Shown piece after piece: positions 58,552-64,000 of a stretch of DNA of 64,000 nucleotides (within the stretch, counting starts at the first letter, position 1; each line of letters opens with the position of its first letter). The stretch covers positions 1,240,001-1,304,000 of the forward strand of contig CM061246.1 of NCBI GenBank assembly GCA_022605425.2, given 5' to 3'. The notes beneath the pieces are model-generated. The model had not been told where the DNA came from. It made no database searches and saw only the letters and a list, made by a program, of their open reading frames with translations. The translations under genes were made by a program, and so were the position numbers. The stretch is from Hamiltosporidium tvaerminnensis FI-OER-3-3 (taxonomy: Eukaryota; Fungi; Microsporidia).

Positions 58552-60276
58552 CTAATTTAGCAAATTTAATATTCTATTTACTTCGTTGTAATATAAATTT
58601 GTAAGTTTTTCAAGAAATTTCTTATCTGAATTAATGAATATATCAGAAATATATGAATATAAAGAGTTTCGTTTTGTATAATTTCTACTGAATATTTCTA
58701 ATATTCTTATAAAAAGATTGTTCTTGAAAAAATATGAAGAAAGTATCGTATTATTTTGTGATGCAATTTCAAAGATCTTTATACAAAATATTTCATAATT
58801 AAGTAAATTTGTTCTAGAAAATATTTCTTTGTTAAAATCTTCTGAATATAATGTTGTTAAATTGATTCCATTCACAGATTTGACAAAATTAAAATTATTT
58901 TCTGAGTTAAAACATTCTGTAGCTTGATTTTTTGTTGAAAAAATTGTATCATGATGTTTAGAATATATTCTACTTTGATATTCTGTGAATATGAATCTAA
59001 GAAAATCATTGTATATGATAAAATCTCTGAATCTGAATGAATGAATTGATAAAAGTGAAGTGAATAATTTAAAAAAAATATGTGAATCTTCGGATTTTAC
59101 ATATATTAAGAAATCATCTGAGAATAAAATTATAATGAATTTACTATAAAATATATCTAAAAGCAAGGTATTACATTTTTCGTGTAAAAGATTTTCCAGA
59201 CATACAATTATCCATTCTATACTATAATAATCATCTTTATTCATTAAACTAGATTTAATTTTTTTACAAAGAAATTCCATATTTGATTCAATCAAGAAAA
59301 AAACAAGAGCACTCTCATATGATATATCTATTACCTTATTTAAAACAATAAAAAATTCATTATTATTTGATAAAATATTTTCAAAAATTATATTTAGAAT
59401 GGTTTCATCTAATTTACAATTTTGATATAAATTATCAAGAAAATCATTTATATTCTGAAATGAATCTAATTGATCTTTTAATAGAGAATATTTTATATTC
59501 TCATCATAAATTAGATTTTTTTTCAATAAAATATTTTTCAATTCTAAAAAACTACTTGTAAGCATAAATTTTTGAAGAACTTTCTCGAAAAAAATTAATG
59601 GAAAATCAGAACTATTTTTATCAATTTCTTTTTCCATATATTCTTCAAAGTGTTCTATGATTTTTTTTGAATTTTCGAATATCTTATAAAACAACCTTCG
59701 ATCAGATAAATTTAACATTTGAATTATCGATATTCTTGAATATAAAAATACTTCAAAATTTTTACTATCAAATATCGCCTTAGCTATTTGCGTTTTGGTC
59801 GTGAAATCAAGCGAAGCAATATCTAAATTCAATAATTCATCCACGGAAATATCTTTTAATTCTAGATTCGCCATCATTGAATCATCATTTATTTTATCTA
59901 TCATACTAATTTCATAATCTGATTTTGTAATATCCTCAGTAACTTTTTCTATTGATGAATTTTTAATTTCTAAGTTTTCTTGGTTTTCGTTAGAATCTAA
60001 AGATAAATCAAAATTCAAGTAAGAGTTGGCAATAAAATCTTTATAATCATTAGAATCATCAAAATAAATTTTGTATAATTCTTTATTATTTTGAATCAAA
60101 ATTACATCATTGCAATATTTTATCTTTATAAACGAAACAATAAATCCAATAATTTTACCAGATTCAAGAAATTTAAAGACTAACTCGTTTTTATTTAATT
60201 CCATAGTGCAATCATTCCAAATCGCTTGTATTTCATTATTAAAAATCTTTTGAACCGTTACTTTTGTTTGAATCAT
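58552..60276 (-). CDS. Psy2/SMEK (PP4R3)-like protein
   Basis: 574-aa ORF with a beta-rich EVH1-like N-terminus. IHSFRFRDFII, YFFKNNLF and RNSLYSYISDIF resemble PP4R3 blocks. CCC motif upstream. Confidence 0.6.
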   Translation of the reverse strand: MIQTKVTVQKIFNNEIQAIWNDCTMELNKNELVFKFLESGKIIGFIVSFIKIKYCNDVILIQNNKELYKIYFDDSNDYKDFIANSYLNFDLSLDSNENQENLEIKNSSIEKVTEDITKSDYEISMIDKINDDSMMANLELKDISVDELLNLDIASLDFTTKTQIAKAIFDSKNFEVFLYSRISIIQMLNLSDRRLFYKIFENSKKIIEHFEEYMEKEIDKNSSDFPLIFFEKVLQKFMLTSSFLELKNILLKKNLIYDENIKYSLLKDQLDSFQNINDFLDNLYQNCKLDETILNIIFENILSNNNEFFIVLNKVIDISYESALVFFLIESNMEFLCKKIKSSLMNKDDYYSIEWIIVCLENLLHEKCNTLLLDIFYSKFIIILFSDDFLIYVKSEDSHIFFKLFTSLLSIHSFRFRDFIIYNDFLRFIFTEYQSRIYSKHHDTIFSTKNQATECFNSENNFNFVKSVNGINLTTLYSEDFNKEIFSRTNLLNYEIFCIKIFEIASQNNTILSSYFFKNNLFIRILEIFSRNYTKRNSLYSYISDIFINSDKKFLEKLTNLYYNEVNRILNLLN

Positions 60277-60350
60277 TATAGTTACAAGTTGGGTTTTACA
60301 AAATTCAATTTAAATCCATAAAATATTTTTATTATATTTGAATTTATATT

Positions 60351-61070
60351 GGTGGAGAGCGGATAACTACCTAAAAAACTTTCTGCTTCGTAATGAGTGT
60401 GTGAAACTGGTGTGAAGATCATTGTTTGAATTTTTGATGGAAATAAAACACATTTATTTTATTTTGTTCCATTGGGTGTGTTTGAGGAGGAGAAGGTCTA
60501 CTAAATTGCGAAACTTTTTTGACAAATATTTTTTGTAGTTTTTTATGTAACTAGATTGCAAATTTCAACCGAAGATGTAGGTAATCGCCATGTAAAAGCA
60601 TTGAAACCTAGATTTTTTCACTCGGGTTAGAAGACATAGATAATAGTAGATACAAAAATAAACTTCTTTTATTCCGGGATGGTATAGTAGCTTGTTTATC
60701 TGGTTGGTAGGGTTTGTTTTGGTGAACCGCATATTATTCTCCGAGATATATCTTAGGTAGAAGTTTATTAGGTTCGGTGAGTGTAAAGTAAGTTGGAATG
60801 CTGCATAGTCTTAGGAAAGCTCAGGAAGGGTTTAAACCAACGATCAGACTCACTGTAACGGACATTTACGAACAACTGTCAACCGAATACTCCTTTAATT
60901 GAGTTCTATACATCTTTTTGATGAAAATCTTTGAAATTTAGGTATCATAAGCGATACTGATGGACGTTTGAAGAGGAGTTATTTATGTTAAACCTAGAAC
61001 TGCGTTAATTTCATAAAAATAATATAACACTTGCGAAAGTTTTAAAAAGATGGGATATTTTTTAAATAAA
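60351..61070 (+). mobile_element. ~720-nt non-coding family, copy C
   Basis: Colinear full-length homologue of copies A and B. Confidence 0.85.
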
Positions 61071-61153
61071 TTTAAAATTCTTATACCGATATAACACGAT
61101 ATCTTAATGATCTAATTAACTTTAATTCTTATTTTATTGTCGTTTAAGTATAA

Positions 61154-61380
61154 TTCATTCTTCTTTGCCGCTACAGCCCTGTTCGAGCCTTGGCCTTCCT
61201 TAGTAATACCGCCCACCGGTCTTTTTCCAGTGGGTTTGTTTACTTATTGGGTTTCGTAACAGGTGGTTTTAAAGGGTGGGTTGTTAGTCCTACGACCGAC
61301 CCCAACATGGAGGATCAGTCCTTTTTAGTCGCCTCTTATGACAAGCATAGAATATTCCAAGCCATTTCTGCTCCCGGCAT
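61154..61380 (-). mobile_element. Bipartite RTE-derived non-autonomous element
   Basis: Homologue of 35556-35783. Ends GGGCTGTAGCGGCAAAGAAGAATGAAT. Confidence 0.8.
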
Positions 61381-61701
61381 TTAAGTAGCATAAATTATGG
61401 ATTTTTATTTAATGAGATCTTTATTCAATGAATTTTACTGGCGATACAAGTCAATGTATTTTTTACTCAATACCATTCTAATTATTCTCATTTTTTATGC
61501 ATAATTGTTACAAATAAAATTAATGCTCTAATTAATTTATGAATTAAAAAATTAAAATCGAACCAAAATTTATTCCTTTGAACAAACTTTGTTTTATAAT
61601 TATAAAACTATGATGCATTAAAATTTATATAAAGTAACAAATTTCTTTTAAAATTTTATAAAATAATTTATTTCTTCATATTCTTTACTTTTAGATGTTC
61701 A

Positions 61702-61800
61702 TTTATTTAATAAAATTCTGGGTTAAGATATTTTGCCATTTTTATATATTTTCTTCCACCTCTTTTACCACGGTTGTTTCTTCTTCTAAATCCGACTCTT
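61702..61800 (-). mobile_element. Short 3' fragment of the REL retrotransposon
   Basis: Family terminus in reverse. TSD TTTAGAT(G/A)TTC at 61690-61700 and 61803-61813. Confidence 0.85.
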
Positions 61801-61969
61801 TATTTAGATATTCGAATACAATATTTAAATTAAAAAAAAGATTTAAAACTATAATTTTGAAAAAACTGTAGATTTATCTTCTGTCGGAGAGACTATCTTC
61901 ATTTTAAATTATAACTTTTAAAAAATCTTAGAAAATAATTTTCAATTGAACATGAAGTACCCTCTAAGA

Positions 61970-63112
61970 ATGCAATGGTATGAACTTAAAACAAAACAAT
62001 ACATAAATTTACGACTCACTTTGTTTAGCGGTCAATGTTTTAGCTTCAAAGAAATCAAAAAAGATTTATTTGCAGGAGTAATTAGCGATGATCTGTTTTT
62101 TTTGAAAGAATTAAATAAAACGATTTATTTTAACGTTTTTAATTTTAATAAACCATTGGAAATCTATGAAAATATTTTAAACAAGTTTTTCATACTTAAA
62201 ATTGATTATCGCTTGCTATGTTTTCGTTGGAAAAACTATAATTTAATTGATTGTGAATGTGAAAACTTTTTAAAGCAAAATGATGGAAAATATAGTAATT
62301 TACCTCCAAATTATCAAATTACAGATTATTTACAACCTAATGAAATAAAATATGAAGAGAAAGAAAATATCAGAGCAGATGAGAAATGTTCTGGGGTTGA
62401 TATTTATTTAGATAAAAAAATGTTTGATTATTGTTTGGCAGAAAAAGGATTGAGATTATTGAATTTGGATATTTTACTGACTATTTTTTCTTTTATTTGT
62501 TCCAGCAATAATAATATCAAAAGAATTGAAAAAATGGTTGACTTTCTATATTCCAAAGGCGAATTTATAACAGAAATGGAAGGTTTCAAATTTTATACAT
62601 TTCCTTCACCTCAAAGTTTATATTCTATTAACATAGAAGAATTAAATATAAACAAATTTGGTTATCGATCAAAATATATAATAGATTGCGCAAAATATTT
62701 ATTAGAAAATGATTTTTATAAAATTGAAACTGTTTTTGAAAGTAAAATATTTTTGAAGGTAGAAAATATCTTTGAAAGTAAAGATTTTGAAATTACAGAA
62801 GAAGTCCATGTTAGTAAAAATTTTAAATCAGAAATACGAAATAATCTAATTAAAATACCAGGAATAGGGAAGAAAGTGGCGGATTGTATTTGTCTAATGG
62901 GATTTAAATTTTTAGACATTTGTCCTATTGATATTCATATTTATAAATGGTCAGTTAAAACTTTCGAATTCAAATTCAAAAATCTTAATGATAAAAATTA
63001 TTCTTTAATACAAGAAGAATTCAAAAAATATTTTGGAAAATATTCAGGAATAGCACAACTATTTATTTTTAAAAGTTCTTTGGACAAAAAAGTATTTAAA
63101 TCTATAAATTAA
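61970..63112 (+). CDS. OGG1: 8-oxoguanine DNA glycosylase
   Basis: TLFSGQCF, SFICSSNNNIKRI, GYRSKYI, HhH motif IPGIGKKVADCICL, PIDIHI. Start placed at the ATG following the CCC at 61960-61962. Confidence 0.92.
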   Translation: MQWYELKTKQYINLRLTLFSGQCFSFKEIKKDLFAGVISDDLFFLKELNKTIYFNVFNFNKPLEIYENILNKFFILKIDYRLLCFRWKNYNLIDCECENFLKQNDGKYSNLPPNYQITDYLQPNEIKYEEKENIRADEKCSGVDIYLDKKMFDYCLAEKGLRLLNLDILLTIFSFICSSNNNIKRIEKMVDFLYSKGEFITEMEGFKFYTFPSPQSLYSINIEELNINKFGYRSKYIIDCAKYLLENDFYKIETVFESKIFLKVENIFESKDFEITEEVHVSKNFKSEIRNNLIKIPGIGKKVADCICLMGFKFLDICPIDIHIYKWSVKTFEFKFKNLNDKNYSLIQEEFKKYFGKYSGIAQLFIFKSSLDKKVFKSIN

Positions 63113-63237
63113 AAATATATTAATAGGCTTTTTATAGTAAATAAATTTGTATTTCATGTAAGTTTAATCAAATATATTAATTATTAAATTAATATTTAAT
63201 TTATTCTGATTATTTAAGATATTTTTATTATCATTTT

Positions 63238-64000
63238 ATGAAAAGATTCATTGAAGTTATAGATTCTAAGAATAATTCAAAATATAAGAATAATCTATGT
63301 AATAAATTTAAGTCTTTATCAATGAGACTATCAGAATTTCAAGATTTGTTGTTACCTATTATATTTATACTTTTAGTTAGAAGCACTCATAACAGACTTT
63401 TGAATATTTTTAAATTTATGTTTTTGTTACATTCTGGCTATAAAATATATAGAAAATCTTGTGAAAAAAATGGTAAGAAATATATAAAAGATAATAATAA
63501 TTTAGAAAAAATGTTTTTAATTGTCTGTTCAACTATACTATGTTATCACATAACAAAAAATATGTTTACAATGTTTAAAATGAAAGAATACTTAAATATA
63601 TATACGAAGGCTTTGATATATAAAGATGCAAATCGTTTAAATTATTCATTTATAATGAAATTTATTTTAATTTTTGGTTTTGGATTATTTTCAGTTTTAT
63701 CTCCAATTATTGAATTTATACAGAAACCAGAATACACTTTTGAAAATATTAGATTAAATTTCTTCAACGGTAAATTGTTTATTCATGAAAAAGACAAAAA
63801 AGTAGACGAAAACAAATTATTTCTACCTATATTAGTAAATTTTGTAACTAATATTATGTGTAAGCGAGATTTAGGTATTTTTATCATAAATTTATATGAT
63901 TCATTACATGCAATTCAACCTCCTAAGAAAGGAAACAAATACCATAATTATTTTTGTTTGACATTATTTAGGTCTCTATCTAGCTTTTTGGTGTTACAGA
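63238..64000 (+). CDS. Partial multi-pass membrane protein, runs off the window
   Basis: Open frame MKRFIEV...MRLSEFQDLLLPIIFILLV... with no stop before 64000 and several hydrophobic segments. Not in the supplied ORF track. Confidence 0.7.
   Translation, partial: MKRFIEVIDSKNNSKYKNNLCNKFKSLSMRLSEFQDLLLPIIFILLVRSTHNRLLNIFKFMFLLHSGYKIYRKSCEKNGKKYIKDNNNLEKMFLIVCSTILCYHITKNMFTMFKMKEYLNIYTKALIYKDANRLNYSFIMKFILIFGFGLFSVLSPIIEFIQKPEYTFENIRLNFFNGKLFIHEKDKKVDENKLFLPILVNFVTNIMCKRDLGIFIINLYDSLHAIQPPKKGNKYHNYFCLTLFRSLSSFLVLQ

Noticed and set aside
61946-61969. TTG/ATG starts upstream of OGG1
   Set aside because: The CCC motif lies downstream of them, favouring the ATG at 61970.

Overview
Very AT-rich eukaryotic DNA, most likely from a large, transposon-rich microsporidian genome such as a Hamiltosporidium-like species. 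This is an inference from compact intronless genes, a CCC motif just upstream of most ATGs, and secreted LRR and kinase families. Host genes: eIF6, RPB11, a C2H2 zinc-finger protein, Stt4/PI4KA, a damaged signal-peptide kinase, a secreted LRR protein, Swd2/WDR82, Pus10, tRNA-Ile(AAT), a SAM-kinesin-13, CPSF100, a Psy2/PP4R3-like protein, OGG1 and a partial membrane protein. Intergenic DNA holds about ten copies of an RT plus restriction-like endonuclease (R4/Dong-like) non-LTR retrotransposon and four non-autonomous retroposon families. Main observations: (1) about 40 GGTGTTA/TAACACC motifs inside the PI4K ORF, read in several frames and both orientations, centred on a C-rich to G-rich skew switch, which makes a candidate origin or centromere written into a coding gene; (2) six full-length, diverged copies of a ~720-nt non-coding element with apparently compensatory stems; (3) a twister-ribozyme-headed RTE-type short element; (4) a full-length retrotransposon whose target-site duplication matches a host CCC promoter motif. 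All alignments, counts and folds were done by eye.
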